Assembly (NCBI GenBank): GCA_950097015.1 | Contig: CATNEN010000029.1 | Coordinates: 1,178,001-1,242,000, forward strand | Reading direction: 5' to 3' | Source of the DNA: Macrostomum hystrix | Lineage: Eukaryota > Animalia > Platyhelminthes | Length of the DNA: 64,000 nt | Part shown: positions 62,714 through 64,000 of the stretch, piece after piece | Position numbering within the stretch: position 1 is the stretch's first letter | Layout: each line of letters starts with the position of its first letter | The notes under the pieces: model-generated | The model's database searches: none | What the model was told of the DNA's origin: nothing | Seen by the model: the letters and a program-made list of their open reading frames with translations, nothing else | Program-made: the position numbers and the translations under genes

Positions 62714-64000
62714 ATGTACCGTTTTAAAACCCTGAAGAAAACACGCAAGGTAACTTACGTTTCTGGCCTGCGTGGACGACCAAGATCAACAAAATACTCT
62801 GCCGGTAAAGACTGTTGGAATCAACATAGTGCTAAATCTGCAGTTCAAAACACTTCTGGCACGTCCAGTTCTGTTTTTCAAGAAGCAGATTTCGACTTTG
62901 AAAGTTCGTCCGATTGCTTTATCGAGTGGGAAAATTATGATTCATTTGTTGAAAATTGTTCACCGAGTTATCGGAAGTCATTTATTTTGAGCCAGTGCAT
63001 ACGCTGCCGAGAAAACCAAGGTATTTTTCGCTGTATAACCTGTAACGTGGATCTATGTGCTGACTGCAAGGAAGTAACTCATGGAGATTTCGTTGCTCAT
63101 AAATTTCTACTCTGGAATGTAAGCAAACCTACATATATTTAGTGATCTTTAGCTCATAAGTGCACTTTTTTAAACGAAACAAGAAAAAAAGATCTCAACA
63201 GCAATTTTAGCAATCTATGCCAATCAAAAATGTAAACTAAAATGTAACTTCCTCCCGCAGATCGATCTACTGATGTTTAGTGAGGAAACTTCCGGGGCAG
63301 CCATATCTTTTCCAAAACTTTACTGCTGTAATGACTGTGCGAGAGGCAAAGTATTTAATGCAGCGAGCAACGTGCAGTTAATTAACATAACCGGAAGCGT
63401 CCAGGCAAAAGTTTTTACATGTGCAGCATGCGACACCTGTTGTGCTTTGCTGTCTCAGGGCTACTTCCCAGCAACGGCTTCATCAGATGGCGAATGTTTA
63501 ACTTTTTTTTTCCTTTAGTTTCCTTTCACTTCTTGATTCAATGTGCATGGATGGACAGTTGCCTATGCATAGAGCAATTCACTCATTCTTTAAGGGCACA
63601 GTCGTGGGACAAGGTTGCTGGAGTCCAGACTTAGCGAAGAGTGTCTACCAACGTATTCAGCGGTACGGTGTACTTTTGCGCTTTCGCGAGTTGCAAAACC
63701 ATTATTCATGTTGGCCAAAAACATGCCTAAGTTGCCCAGAAAAAAACTCTAAACGCAAGACTGTTCTATGTGGTGATGGTCTCTTCGGTTGGCAGCAATT
63801 TGCAGCGTCGGGTGGAAAGCAGAAGGATTTACCAGGTGATGGTCGTATTTTGCCTGAACCTCTTATTTACGTAGATGGAAATTCTCAACAAGGTTCTACT
63901 GTCCATCATCCTGAGCCTGACAGTTGTCCTAACTGGAGAGCTGGTAGTACAACTAAAGAGACCTCGAGAGGTGCCTCACGGAACAACGTCTATGGATTCT
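62714..64000 (+). mobile_element. CxC-domain / KDZ (Kyakuja-Dileera-Zisupton)-like transposase, truncated by the window end
   Basis: Cys cluster CIRC...CITC...CADC...H, then intron gtaagc (~63119) to ...cccgcag (63260), CNDC...CAAC and LLSQGYFPAT. After a frame change near the poly-T at ~63502-63511 come TCLSCPE...LCGDGLF and CPNWRAG...VYGF, resembling KDZ CPAC/DGNF/C..F.A motifs. Confidence 0.6.

Overview
AT-rich metazoan (invertebrate) genomic DNA with GC/CpG-rich exons and minisatellite-filled introns. The style resembles a free-living flatworm such as Macrostomum, but this is inference and the organism is not proven. Five spliced genes lie head-to-tail on the minus strand. From right to left they are: an SLC34 Na/Pi cotransporter with no start codon found, SNX8 with an N-terminal EH-like domain, a ZDHHC9/14/18-type palmitoyltransferase containing a U12-type AT-AC intron, an unrecognised 4-exon 258-aa gene, and diacylglycerol kinase theta (10 exons plus a candidate 12-nt microexon). 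All exon chains were assembled by hand and are phase-consistent. The window holds more than 20 different minisatellite arrays, about 7 copies of a tRNA-derived SINE family and several MITEs with target-site duplications. It also holds a decayed TIR-bounded IS630/Tc1-like element, a near-intact THAP/P-element transposase broken by one homopolymer indel, a mariner remnant, a possible piggyBac fragment and a CxC/KDZ-type transposase running off the right end. Most long ORFs in the supplied track that fall on repeats are artefacts. No prokaryotic-type systems (CRISPR etc.) are present. No database searches were run.
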